Assembly: GCA_001797615.1 (NCBI GenBank)
Contig: MGPV01000022.1
Location: forward strand, 5,311-69,310
Length of the DNA stretch: 64,000 bases
Direction of reading: 5' to 3'
Source: Deltaproteobacteria bacterium GWC2_65_14
GTDB lineage: Bacteria; Desulfobacterota; Deferrimicrobia; Deferrimicrobiales; Deferrimicrobiaceae
Under the pieces are notes generated by a model. The model ran no database searches. It was not told the DNA's origin and worked only from the letters and a program-made list of their open reading frames with translations. The position numbers and the translations under genes are program-made. Below, piece by piece: positions 34,174 through 43,286 of the stretch; within the stretch, counting starts at the first letter, position 1, and every line of letters starts with the position of its first letter.

Positions 34174-34922
34174 GGGATCCTCCTTCTCACCTCGTCGATC
34201 CTCCCGGGGTCGACGGTCGCCCTCACGACCGCCTCCTCCTCCCCCCCCTGCGCCAGCCGCTCCCCGAGTGGGGAGAGGACGGCCGACCCCCCGGAATACT
34301 GGAACTCCCCGGACCGTCCCACCGCATTCGTCGCCACCACGAAGAGCTGGTTCTCCACGGCGCGCGCGGCGATGAGCAGGTCCCAGTGTTCCTTCCTCGC
34401 GGTGGGCCACTGCGCGCTGACGCAGAGCAGGGTCGCACCCTCGAGGAAGTATTTTCGGGAGAGCTCGGGAAACCGGATGTCGTAGCAGATCTGCGGACCG
34501 AGGACTCCCACCCGGGTGCGCACGGTCCTCGCCTGCGCCCCCCGCCGGAAATGGAGGTGCTCCCCCGACGGGGTGAAGAGGTGCGCCTTCCGGTATTCCC
34601 CGGCGACGATCCCCGTCGCGTCGATCACGTACAGCGTGTTGTACACCGACCGGCCCGACCGCTCGGGGAGGGATCCGGCCAGGACGATCTTCCTCTCCGC
34701 GGCGAACCGCCGCAGCTCGTGCAGGATCTCCGGGGTGGATCCGCAGAGGCGGAGAAGGTTGTCGTACGCGAAGCCGGTGCTCCACATCTCGGGCAGGACG
34801 CACAGCGACGCCCCCGTTCCGGCCGCCTCCCGCAGGAGGGCAAGGGCCCGGGAGAGGTTCGCCTCGACCTGTCCCATCTCGATCGGGAACTGCAGCGACG
34901 CGGCCGTGAATGGCGAGGGCAT
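34119..34922 (-). CDS. carbon-nitrogen hydrolase (nitrilase superfamily)
   Basis: 267 aa; catalytic triad context ...CVLPEMW (Glu), ...YRKAHLF (Lys), ...GPQICYDIRFPE (Cys). Confidence 0.75.
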   Translation of the reverse strand: MPSPFTAASLQFPIEMGQVEANLSRALALLREAAGTGASLCVLPEMWSTGFAYDNLLRLCGSTPEILHELRRFAAERKIVLAGSLPERSGRSVYNTLYVIDATGIVAGEYRKAHLFTPSGEHLHFRRGAQARTVRTRVGVLGPQICYDIRFPELSRKYFLEGATLLCVSAQWPTARKEHWDLLIAARAVENQLFVVATNAVGRSGEFQYSGGSAVLSPLGERLAQGGEEEAVVRATVDPGRIDEVRRRIPCAKDRNERAYRRTRPPR

Positions 34923-34942
34923 CCGGTCTCCGTACGGAAGAT

Positions 34943-35860
34943 TCAGGGGACGGCCCGGGAGACCGTCAGGATCACTATATGCTCCGCCCCGGCTCTTTTC
35001 AAGGTGCGGGCGCATTCCGCCGCCGTGGCGCCCGAGGTGTACACGTCGTCCAGGAGGAGGATCTCCGGGGGGATCCCCCTACCCGGGGAGACGGCGAACG
35101 CCCCCCGGACGTTTCCTTCCCGGAGGGAAAGCGGGAGGGCCGCCTGGGGAAGACGTTCCCGGGTCCGCAGGAGGAGGAGGGGATCGAACGGCCACCCTGC
35201 AAGGCGGGCCAGCCTGCCCCCCACCAGCGCGGGGAGGTTGAATCCCCTCCGGAAATATTTCCGGGGAAGGATCGGGACCGGGACGATCACGGGACGGCAA
35301 CCGTCCGGGAACAGGTCCGCCCACTCCTGCCGTATGGCCGCGAACATTCGCTCCGCGACAGGGCCCGCCGGCGTGGCCATCCCCCCGTATTTCGCGGCCC
35401 GGATCGCCTCGCGGACCTCTCCCTCGTAGGGGAAGAGGGAGCGGGCGGCCGCGAAGGGAGGGTCGCCCGGGCAGTCGGCGCAGGCACCGCCCCGCCCGGA
35501 ACGCACGGGAAATACGACCGCGGAAAAGGCGCCGCACCGGGGGCAGCAGGCTCCCCTCCAGGCGGTCCACCGCGCGACCGATCCGCGGGAAAGCCCGGCC
35601 CGCGCGGGAGGAAGGAGGGCTTGCAGCGCCGCGAGCAGGGCCGCCGCGCCGCGGGCGAACCGGGAAAGGTCAGCGGACCGTGGCGGGGATGGCGAATTCC
35701 TTCCTGCCGTGGTCGATGGAGTACCCGTTCCAGATGCCGCAGATGGGGCACCGGGGAGTCCACTTGATCGTGATCTCCCCGCATCCGCCGCAGCGGAACG
35801 GGATGAGGTACCTGCGCTTGTAGCCGAAGGCGCGCTGGTAGTGCTGGCAGGCGGATTCAT
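34943..35860 (-). CDS. comF: ComF-family protein (double CxxC + phosphoribosyltransferase fold)
   Basis: ...ACCPRCGAFS...CADCPGDP... then PRTase motif ILLLDDVYTSGATA. Only upstream ATGs (35860/35890) available, so the 5' end overlaps the preceding lapB-like gene by about 190 nt; start uncertain. Confidence 0.6.
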   Translation of the reverse strand: MNPPASTTSAPSATSAGTSSRSAAADAGRSRSSGLPGAPSAASGTGTPSTTAGRNSPSPPRSADLSRFARGAAALLAALQALLPPARAGLSRGSVARWTAWRGACCPRCGAFSAVVFPVRSGRGGACADCPGDPPFAAARSLFPYEGEVREAIRAAKYGGMATPAGPVAERMFAAIRQEWADLFPDGCRPVIVPVPILPRKYFRRGFNLPALVGGRLARLAGWPFDPLLLLRTRERLPQAALPLSLREGNVRGAFAVSPGRGIPPEILLLDDVYTSGATAAECARTLKRAGAEHIVILTVSRAVP

Positions 35861-37001
35861 AGCGGCCTCTCCGCCGGAACGCCTCCGCAAGCAGGATGTT
35901 GACCGACTCGCGCTCCGGCTCCAGCTGCTCCGCCTTCAACAACTGTTCCACCGCCTCGTCGTTCATCTCCAGCCTCAGGAAGAACTTCCCCATGAAGAGG
36001 TTCACGTCGTAGTCCGCGGGGTAGTCGCGTTGCAGGTCGGAGTAGCGCGCGATCACGGCGTGCGGCCGCTCGGTCTCCACCCCCATGTCCTCGATCTTGA
36101 TGAAGAAGACCGGGTTCCGCGTGGCGCGGTATCCCCGCAGGAGAATCTCGGTCGCCTCGTCGATGTTCCCCCGGGAGCGCAGGTGCTCGGCGAAAGCGAC
36201 ATAGGAGGGGGCGAAGCCCGGCTGGTCCTTGATGAGATCCTTCAGGCGGCGTTCCGCGTCGTCGGTCTTCCCGTCGGCCATCCGGCGCACCGCCTTCTCG
36301 TACCGGAGGGCGGAAAAGATCTCCTGGTCCGCGGCGGACGCCGACTTTCCCTTGAATTTGACGATCTTCTTCTGGATTTCGTAGGCGGGGACCATCTCCC
36401 CGCGGCGGATGTGGATCTCCCGGATCATTTCCCACACCCGCAGGTTCTCCCCCCCGGACCCCTCGACCGTCGAAAGGAGGGAGAGGGCGTTCTCGTCGTC
36501 GTTCATTTCGCGGTAGAGGCGGGCGAGGCGGTAGTAGACGAACAGGTCGGACGGGTCGATCTGCTTGATCCGGGTGAGCGCCTTGATCGCCTCGAGGGGG
36601 ACCTTCCGCTCGGCCTCGACGGTAACCGAAAGCTCGAGCGCCTCCCGGTCCTCGGGATTCACGGAGAGGCTCTTCCCGAGCTCGGTGGCCGCCTCGTCCA
36701 GCATCCCGCGCCGGTGGAAATCGGCCGCCTTCGCGACCCGGGCGCGGGCCGCTTCCCGGCGCTGCGCCTGGCGGCGCTCCCTCCAGTTCCGGGAGGCCTC
36801 GGTCACGTCCTTCACCATCGTCCCCAGGATCACCATGGCCGCCCCGAGGCAGAAGGAGAGGATGGCGAGCTCGCTGACGGTGACCTCCACCTGGCGCATG
36901 GTGGAGTAGAAGAACTGGACATGCTGGCCGTTCAGCAGGGAGACGTAGGAGAACCCGACCAGGATGATGACGAAGAAGAGCAGGAGCAGCCGGACCCCCA
37001 T
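35670..37001 (-). CDS. lapB: LapB (YciM)-like TPR protein with N-terminal double-TM segment and C-terminal rubredoxin-type zinc ribbon
   Basis: 443 aa; MGVRLLLLFFVIILVGFSYVSLL...ELAILSFCLGAAMVILG (2 TM), TPR-like repeats, C-terminal CGGCGEITIKWTPRCPICG; GAGGAGG RBS. Confidence 0.7.
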   Translation of the reverse strand: MGVRLLLLFFVIILVGFSYVSLLNGQHVQFFYSTMRQVEVTVSELAILSFCLGAAMVILGTMVKDVTEASRNWRERRQAQRREAARARVAKAADFHRRGMLDEAATELGKSLSVNPEDREALELSVTVEAERKVPLEAIKALTRIKQIDPSDLFVYYRLARLYREMNDDENALSLLSTVEGSGGENLRVWEMIREIHIRRGEMVPAYEIQKKIVKFKGKSASAADQEIFSALRYEKAVRRMADGKTDDAERRLKDLIKDQPGFAPSYVAFAEHLRSRGNIDEATEILLRGYRATRNPVFFIKIEDMGVETERPHAVIARYSDLQRDYPADYDVNLFMGKFFLRLEMNDEAVEQLLKAEQLEPERESVNILLAEAFRRRGRYESACQHYQRAFGYKRRYLIPFRCGGCGEITIKWTPRCPICGIWNGYSIDHGRKEFAIPATVR

Positions 37002-37023
37002 GCGCGGGCCTCCTCGGGAAGGG

Positions 37024-37383
37024 CTATTGGTCCTCCGGCACGGGGATCTCGGCGGCGGATCCCCAGAGCCGGTCGAACTTGTAGAATTCCCGGACCTCGT
37101 CCAGGAACACGTGCACGACCATGTCGGCGTAGTCCAGCAGCACCCAGCGACCGTCCCGGACTCCCTCGACGACGAAGGGCCGCGTCCCTTCCTTCCGGAG
37201 CGTCTCCTCGATGTGGCCGGCGATGGTGGTCACCTGACGGTCCGAGGTGCCCGAGCAGATCAGGAAATAGTCGGTGAAGGATGCGCTTTCCCGGACGTCC
37301 AGGGCCCGGATGCCGACGGCCTTCTTTTCCTGCGCCATCCGGGCGCAACGGATCAGCGTCTCCCTGGTCGTGATGGCGGTCAT
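37024..37383 (-). CDS. rsfS: ribosomal silencing factor RsfS (Iojap)
   Basis: 119 aa MTAITTRETLIRCARMAQEKKAVGIRALDVRESASFTDYFLICSGTSDRQV... Confidence 0.85.
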   Translation of the reverse strand: MTAITTRETLIRCARMAQEKKAVGIRALDVRESASFTDYFLICSGTSDRQVTTIAGHIEETLRKEGTRPFVVEGVRDGRWVLLDYADMVVHVFLDEVREFYKFDRLWGSAAEIPVPEDQ

Positions 37384-38054
37384 CCCTCCCCGGGACGGGT
37401 ATAGAGCCGGTTTCCGGCGATATGCTTCTCCACCTCCGGCGGAACGAGCCCCCGGATGCTCTTCCCGCATGCCACCTTCTCGCGGATTCCGCGCGAAGAA
37501 ATATCCAGGGCCGGGAAGGCGGGGCAGAACAGCTTCCGTCCCCCCGGCAGGAGATAGCTTTCCCCGTTCCAACTATAGCAATGCGGTTTTTCTTTTTCAA
37601 TACGCAACCCTTCCGGCGGCGACGGCTCGCCCGCGGCTCCCGGGCGGGGAAGCAGGATGAAATCGCACGCCGCGAGAAACTCCCGGTACCGGTGCCAGGT
37701 GGCGATCTCCGCGAAGGAGTCGGCCCCCATCACGAAGAGCCAGTCGACCCCGGGCCCGGCCCGGCGGAACTCCAGGACGGTGTCCAGGGAATAGGAGGGG
37801 CCTTCCCTGCGCAGCTCCAGGTCGGACACCTCGAATCCGGGAATCCCCCGGATGGCGGCGGCGGTCATCGCCAGCCGCTGCGCGGCGTCGGAGACCGGCT
37901 GCCCCGGCTTGTGCGGGGGATGGCGGGCCGGCAGGAAGACGACCCGGGGGAGGGAAAAGGCCTCCTTCACCTCGATCGCCATCCGCAGGTGCCCGATGTG
38001 GAACGGGTCGAAGGTTCCGCCGAATAGGGCCGCGGATGTTCGCGGGGGAGGCAC
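37380..38054 (-). CDS. nadD: nicotinate-nucleotide adenylyltransferase
   Basis: 224 aa ...ALFGGTFDPFHIGHLRMA... (HxGH nucleotidyltransferase motif). Confidence 0.85.
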   Translation of the reverse strand: MPPPRTSAALFGGTFDPFHIGHLRMAIEVKEAFSLPRVVFLPARHPPHKPGQPVSDAAQRLAMTAAAIRGIPGFEVSDLELRREGPSYSLDTVLEFRRAGPGVDWLFVMGADSFAEIATWHRYREFLAACDFILLPRPGAAGEPSPPEGLRIEKEKPHCYSWNGESYLLPGGRKLFCPAFPALDISSRGIREKVACGKSIRGLVPPEVEKHIAGNRLYTRPGEG

Positions 38055-38058
38055 GCCG

Positions 38059-39318
38059 CTACGTCCGGACCTGGCCGTCCCCGAAGGCGATGAACTTCGT
38101 CGTGGTGAGCTCGGTCAGCCCCATCGGGCCGAACGCGTGGATCTTGGTGGTGCTGATCCCGATCTCGGCGCCCAGGCCCAGCTGGAACCCGTCGTTGAAC
38201 CGGGTGGAGGCGTTCACGAGCACCAGCGAGGAGTCCACCTCGCGGATGAAGCGCATCGCCCGCGCATGATCCTTCGTGAGAATCGCCTCGGTGTGCAGGG
38301 AGCCGTACGTCCGGATATGCGAGAGGGCCGCCTCCATCGAGGGGACCACGCGCACCGCCAGGATCAGGTCGAGAAACTCGGTACCCCAGTCCTCCTCCCT
38401 CGCGGGCTTCGCCGCCGGCACGAGCCGCACCGTCTCCGGGCAGCCGCGGATCTCGACACCGTGCCGGACCATCTCGGCCGCGGCGGCGGGCAGGAAGGAG
38501 CCGGCCGCCCTCTCGTGGACGAGCAGCGTCTCCATCGCGTTGCAGACGCCGGGACGCTGGACCTTGGCGTTCACGCAGACGGAGATCGCCTGCGGCAGAT
38601 CCGGATCCTCGTCCACGTAGATGTGGCAGACCCCCTTGTAGTGCTTGATGACCGGGATGCGGGACTTTTCCGCGACGCTGCGGATCAGCCCTTCCCCGCC
38701 GCGGGGGATGATGAGGTCGATGTACTCCTCCGCCCGGAGCATCTCGTCGATCGCCGCCCGGTCGGTCCGCCGGATCACCGAGACCGCGTCCTCCGGAAGG
38801 CCGGAGGAGGCGAGCGCTTCCCTCAGGATTTCCGCGATGGCGAGGTTGGAGTGGATCGCCTCCGATCCGCCCCGGAGGATGACGGCGTTTCCCGACTTGA
38901 CGCACAGCGCGGCGGAGTCGGCCGTCACGTTCGGCCGCGATTCGTAGATGATCCCGATCACCCCGAGGGGGATCCGCATTTTTCCCACCCAGAGCCCGTT
39001 CGGGCGCCTCCACATCCGCTCGACTTCCCCCACCGGGTCGGGAAGGGAGACCACCTCCTCGATTCCGGCCGCCATCTGGGCGATCCTCCCCTCGTCCAGG
39101 GCGAGGCGGTCGACCATCGCGCCGGAAAGCCCCCGGTCCGCGGCGGCCGCAAGGTCCGTCCGGTTCTCCCGGAGGATCCGTTCCGACTGCTCCCGCAGCC
39201 CCCGGGCCATGGCGGAAAGGGCACGGTTCTTCTCGGAGGCGCCGGCATGCCCGATCCGCGCGGCCGCCTCCCGCGCGGCGCGGCAGACCTCGTTCACCGA
39301 ATTCCGGAGTTCCGTCAT
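38059..39318 (-). CDS. proA: gamma-glutamyl phosphate reductase
   Basis: 419 aa; aldehyde dehydrogenase-like ProA; ...[41 protein letters not shown]. Confidence 0.9.
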   Translation of the reverse strand: MTELRNSVNEVCRAAREAAARIGHAGASEKNRALSAMARGLREQSERILRENRTDLAAAADRGLSGAMVDRLALDEGRIAQMAAGIEEVVSLPDPVGEVERMWRRPNGLWVGKMRIPLGVIGIIYESRPNVTADSAALCVKSGNAVILRGGSEAIHSNLAIAEILREALASSGLPEDAVSVIRRTDRAAIDEMLRAEEYIDLIIPRGGEGLIRSVAEKSRIPVIKHYKGVCHIYVDEDPDLPQAISVCVNAKVQRPGVCNAMETLLVHERAAGSFLPAAAAEMVRHGVEIRGCPETVRLVPAAKPAREEDWGTEFLDLILAVRVVPSMEAALSHIRTYGSLHTEAILTKDHARAMRFIREVDSSLVLVNASTRFNDGFQLGLGAEIGISTTKIHAFGPMGLTELTTTKFIAFGDGQVRT

Positions 39319-40518
39319 CTACCGGTCCGCTCTTTTCCCTTCCCCGGCCCCCTCGTGGCGGGGGAGGATCGTCAGGTTGTCCCGGTGGACCACCTCGGCG
39401 GGGAGATTCTCCCCGAGGAGCGCGCGGACGTCGGGAGTCTTCTTCCCCATTCCCGCCTCGACCTGCCCGCTGTCCCAGGAACTGATCCCCCGCGCGACCT
39501 CCCGTCCCCGCCGGTCGCTGATGGAGACGGCGTCGCCGCTGCGGAAGGTCCCGCGCACCCCCGTGATCCCCGCGGGGAGCAGGCTTTTTCCCTGCTCCCG
39601 GAGGACCAGGATCGCCCCGTCGTCGACGGTGATCGTCCCGTGGGGATGCCTCGCGTAGGCGATCCACATCTTCCGCCGGTTTGCCTTCCCGGGGCCGCCG
39701 GGCAGGATCAGCGTTCCGACCTCCTTCCCCGCGAGGATGTCGGCGAGGGAGCGGGGCGACAGCCCCGAGGCGATCACCACGGGGATCCCCGAGTCGCTCG
39801 CCAGCCTCGCCGAGAGGAGCTTGGAGCCCATGCCGCCGGTCCCGACGGTCCCCCGGGACTGCCCGGAAGCGGCCCGGATCCTCTCCTCCGTGATGCGCTC
39901 GAGCAGGGGGAGGAGGCGGGCGTCGCGGTGGCGGAGCGGGTCCCGGTCGAACACCCCCTTCCGGTCGGTGAGCAGCACCATGAGGTCGGCTCCGACCATC
40001 TGGGTGACCAGGGCGGCGAGGTGGTCGTTGTCCCCCAGCCGGATCTCCTCGGTGGCGACGGTGTCGTTCTCGTTGATGATCGGGACGATCCCCCGCGCCA
40101 GAAGCGTCTCGATCGTGTTCCGCGCGTTGATGTACCGTTCCCGGCTTTCGAAGTCCTCGTGGGTGAGCAGCAGCTGGCCGACCTGCCGCCCCCGCCGCTC
40201 GAAGGCGCGCTCGTAGGCCTGCATCAGGGTGGTCTGCCCCACGGCCGCAGCCGCCTGCTTGAGGGCGATGGTGCGCGGCTTCTCCCGCATCCCCAGCTTC
40301 TTGCGCCCCGCCGCGATCGCTCCCGAGGTGACGACCACGAAGCGGATCCCGTCCCGCTCCCAGGAGGCGGTCACCTGGGAGGCGAGGGCGCGGATCGTGG
40401 GGAGGCGGAGCCCCGCCTCGACGTCGGCGAGCGTTCCGCTTCCGAGTTTCACCACGACCCTGCGGATCCTGCGGGAACGGAGCAGGGATGCACGCGCCGC
40501 CGCGCTGTCAGGATTCAT
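39319..40518 (-). CDS. proB: glutamate 5-kinase (with PUA domain)
   Basis: 399 aa ...RRVVVKLGSGTLA... amino-acid kinase fold. Confidence 0.9.
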   Translation of the reverse strand: MNPDSAAARASLLRSRRIRRVVVKLGSGTLADVEAGLRLPTIRALASQVTASWERDGIRFVVVTSGAIAAGRKKLGMREKPRTIALKQAAAAVGQTTLMQAYERAFERRGRQVGQLLLTHEDFESRERYINARNTIETLLARGIVPIINENDTVATEEIRLGDNDHLAALVTQMVGADLMVLLTDRKGVFDRDPLRHRDARLLPLLERITEERIRAASGQSRGTVGTGGMGSKLLSARLASDSGIPVVIASGLSPRSLADILAGKEVGTLILPGGPGKANRRKMWIAYARHPHGTITVDDGAILVLREQGKSLLPAGITGVRGTFRSGDAVSISDRRGREVARGISSWDSGQVEAGMGKKTPDVRALLGENLPAEVVHRDNLTILPRHEGAGEGKRADR

Positions 40519-41516
40519 GCCGTCGGCCTTCTCCGGAGCGCCACCAGGGCATCCAGCAGGGTCTTGACCCCCATCCCGGTGGCCGCGGAAATATAATAGG
40601 CATTCCCTTCCGGGATTTTCAACATCGCCCGGGCCTTTTCCGCCGCCTCCCGCGCGCCGGGGAGGTCGGTCTTGTTGAAGGCGAGCAGGGCCGGGCGGGC
40701 GACGAGCCCGGGGTTGAACCGTTCCAGCTCCTCCCGCACGGTCCGGTAGGCGGCGGCGATCTCCCGCGGCGGCTTCGAGGAGTCCAGGACATGGACCAGC
40801 ACCTCGGTCCGTTCCGCGTGCTTGAGGAACCGGTGCCCCAGCCCTGCCCCCCGGTGTGCCCCCTCGATCAGCCCGGGAAGGTCGGCCACCACGAAATCCT
40901 CGTCCCGGTGGGACACCATGCCGAGCACGGGGGAGAGGGTGGTGAAGGGATAATCGGCGATCTTCGGACGGGCGCGGGAGATGCTTGCGAGGAAAGTCGA
41001 TTTCCCGGCGTTCGGGAGCCCGACCAGCCCGACGCTCGCGATGAGCTTCAGCGTGAGCCGGAGGCGGCGCCCCTCCCCCGGGATTCCCGGTTGGGCGTAA
41101 TCGGGGGCCTGGTTCGTCGAGGTGGCGAAGGTGGCGTTACCCCGCCCCCCCCTCCCGCCGCCGGCGACGACCACGGAATCGCCGTCCCGGGTAAGGTCCG
41201 CGAGCGTTTCCCCGCTGTCGGCGTCCTGGACCATGGTCCCGGCGGGGACGGGGATCACGAGGTCCTCGGCGTTTCGCCCGTGCATCTTCTTTCCCTTTCC
41301 GTGCACGCCCCGGCGGGCCCGGAAGAGGTTCCGGTACCGGAAGTCGAGCAGGGTGGCGAGGCCGGGGACGGCACGCAGGACGACGCTAGCGCCGTTCCCG
41401 CCGTTTCCGCCGTCCGGCCCCCCGCGGGGCACATGTTTTTCCCGGCGAAAGCTGGAACACCCCCGCCCGCCGTCTCCGGAGCGGACGGTGATGGTGACCT
41501 CGTCGACGAAGCGCAT
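40515..41516 (-). CDS. obg: GTPase Obg/CgtA
   Basis: 333 aa MRFVDEVTITVRSGDGGRGCSSFRREKHVPRGGPDGGNGGNGASV... + G-domain GLVGLPNAGKST. Confidence 0.9.
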   Translation of the reverse strand: MRFVDEVTITVRSGDGGRGCSSFRREKHVPRGGPDGGNGGNGASVVLRAVPGLATLLDFRYRNLFRARRGVHGKGKKMHGRNAEDLVIPVPAGTMVQDADSGETLADLTRDGDSVVVAGGGRGGRGNATFATSTNQAPDYAQPGIPGEGRRLRLTLKLIASVGLVGLPNAGKSTFLASISRARPKIADYPFTTLSPVLGMVSHRDEDFVVADLPGLIEGAHRGAGLGHRFLKHAERTEVLVHVLDSSKPPREIAAAYRTVREELERFNPGLVARPALLAFNKTDLPGAREAAEKARAMLKIPEGNAYYISAATGMGVKTLLDALVALRRRPTA

Positions 41517-41529
41517 GGAGAGGAAAGAA

Positions 41530-41787
41530 CTACGATGCGTAGAGGACGGACACCCTCTTGCGGTCTTTCCCGAACCGCTGGAACTGGACCGTCCCGTCGA
41601 TCAGGGCGAACAGGGTATGGTCCCTTCCGACCCCGACGTTCTGTCCGGGATGGACGGCGGTTCCCCGCTGGCGCACGATGATCGAGCCGGCGGTCACCAG
41701 TTCCCCGCCGTAGGCCTTCACGCCGAGCCGCTTGCTCTGGCTGTCCCGCCCGTTCCGGGAGCTTCCGACCCCTTTTTTGTGCGCCAT
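41530..41787 (-). CDS. rpmA: 50S ribosomal protein L27
   Basis: 85 aa [24 protein letters not shown]... Confidence 0.95.
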   Translation of the reverse strand: MAHKKGVGSSRNGRDSQSKRLGVKAYGGELVTAGSIIVRQRGTAVHPGQNVGVGRDHTLFALIDGTVQFQRFGKDRKRVSVLYAS

Positions 41788-41806
41788 GGCGCGATCCTCC
41801 CTGCGG

Positions 41807-42121
41807 TTATCCTACCCGGATTTCCCGGACCGAGAGCCGGGTGAAGGCCTGGCGGTGCCCCTGCTTGCGGGCGTAGTTCTTCCGCCGCTTGAACTTGTAG
41901 ACCACGATCTTCTTCCCCTTGCCATCCCCGAGCGAGACGCAAAGGACCTTCGCGTTCGGGACGGTGGGGGCGCCCACGGTCGTTCCCTGTTCGGAGGAGA
42001 CGAGCAGCACGTCGGTGAGCTCGACCTCGGAGCCGGTCTCGACCGGGAGCTTCTCGACCTGGATGACATCCCCGGGGGCGACGCGGAGCTGCTTCCCCCC
42101 GGTGCGGACCACGGCATACAT
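41807..42121 (-). CDS. rplU: 50S ribosomal protein L21
   Basis: 104 aa [25 protein letters not shown]...; RBS GGAGGG. Confidence 0.9.
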   Translation of the reverse strand: MYAVVRTGGKQLRVAPGDVIQVEKLPVETGSEVELTDVLLVSSEQGTTVGAPTVPNAKVLCVSLGDGKGKKIVVYKFKRRKNYARKQGHRQAFTRLSVREIRVG

Positions 42122-42161
42122 GTTCACGACCCTCCGTTCAGGGCTCGAATAGGAACAAATC

Positions 42162-42190
42162 ATGATAAAGAAGTCCTTTTTCGCTGTCAA
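42162..42190 (-). promoter_or_regulatory. sigma70-like promoter TTGACA-N17-TATCAT for rplU-rpmA-obg-... operon
   Basis: Reverse complement of 42162-42190 = TTGACAgcgaaaaaggacttcttTATCAT; about 40-nt leader to rplU ATG. Confidence 0.6.
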
Positions 42191-42226
42191 CCCGGAATTC
42201 GACCCGGTATTCGACCCGGAATTCGA
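42191..42226. repeat. three tandem 12-bp repeats CCCGG(A/T)ATTCGA immediately upstream of the rplU -35
   Basis: cccggaattcga cccggtattcga cccggaattcga read directly; lies between divergent rplU operon and FAD-oxidoreductase gene. Confidence 0.8.
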
Positions 42227-42281
42227 CACATGGGATGGGGTATCCTGTTCCTGAGTCGGCCGGAAGCGGAAAGGCGGGGGA

Positions 42282-43280
42282 ATGGAAACCCGGGACGTCC
42301 TGATCGTCGGGGGGGGGCCTGCGGGCCTTCTTCTGGCGCACAACTTCCAGGAGCACGGGATCGACTACCGGGTCCTCGAGCGGGGGAAGGTGGCCCAGGC
42401 CTGGCGGATGATGCGCCAGGGGATGACGCTGCTCTCCCCGGCCGTTCCCGGGACCGACTGGACGTCGCTCTCGCTCCGGCATCCTATCTGGGCGCTTCCG
42501 GGGACCCGGAAACCGTTCCCCAGCCGGGAGGATTTCCTCTGCTACGTCGAGTCCTTCACCCGGGAGAACCTGCTCCGGGTGACGGAGAATACCGCGGCGG
42601 TCCGCGCGGTCGTCGTCCCGGGGGGATTCATGGTGGAGACCTCTTCCGGGGAGATGGCCTGTCGCTTCCTCGTGCTGGCCTCCGGATCGACTACCGTTCC
42701 CGCCTACCCGGACGTTCCGGGGGTCGGGAACAATCCGTACGTCCTCCATGCCTCCGATTTCATCCATTGCATGGCCTACACGGGGAAGCGGGTCCTGATC
42801 GTGGGCGGCGGAAACTCCGCCGCGGAGATCGCGATCGAGCTGGCCGGCACCGCCCGGGTGACGATCTGCACGAGGGGGCCGATCCGCTACTTCTCCGCCA
42901 CGGGGGAGCTGGAGGATATCCGGGGGTCGTCGGAGAGCATCCTCAAGGAGTGCGTCCGGTTCGGGATCGTCCGGCTCCGGGAGGAGGATCCTCCCGCCGC
43001 CGTCTCGGGGAGGCGGGTCCGGTTCCGGATGGGCGAGGAGGAGGAGTTCGACTGGATCCTCTGCGCGACCGGATACCGGCCGGCCTGGGTCCCCATGGAG
43101 GGAGGGACGGTGCAGGTGGGGGAGGGGGGATTCCCGGTGATCTCCGCGACGGGGGAATCGACCGTCCCCGGGCTCTACTTCTGCGGGTCGCTCGCCCGTT
43201 TCCACCGGCGCTGCGCCTTCATCCACGGCTTCCGGAACTACGTCGAGAAGGTCTTCTGGGACATCGCCGACAAGGTCTAG
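42282..43280 (+). CDS. FAD/NAD(P)-binding oxidoreductase (flavin monooxygenase / pyridine nucleotide-disulfide oxidoreductase-like)
   Basis: N-terminal VLIVGGGPAGLLLA (FAD GxGxxG) and second VLIVGGGNSAAEIA (NAD(P) GxGxxA). Confidence 0.7.
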   Translation: METRDVLIVGGGPAGLLLAHNFQEHGIDYRVLERGKVAQAWRMMRQGMTLLSPAVPGTDWTSLSLRHPIWALPGTRKPFPSREDFLCYVESFTRENLLRVTENTAAVRAVVVPGGFMVETSSGEMACRFLVLASGSTTVPAYPDVPGVGNNPYVLHASDFIHCMAYTGKRVLIVGGGNSAAEIAIELAGTARVTICTRGPIRYFSATGELEDIRGSSESILKECVRFGIVRLREEDPPAAVSGRRVRFRMGEEEEFDWILCATGYRPAWVPMEGGTVQVGEGGFPVISATGESTVPGLYFCGSLARFHRRCAFIHGFRNYVEKVFWDIADKV

Positions 43281-43286
43281 GCCGGT

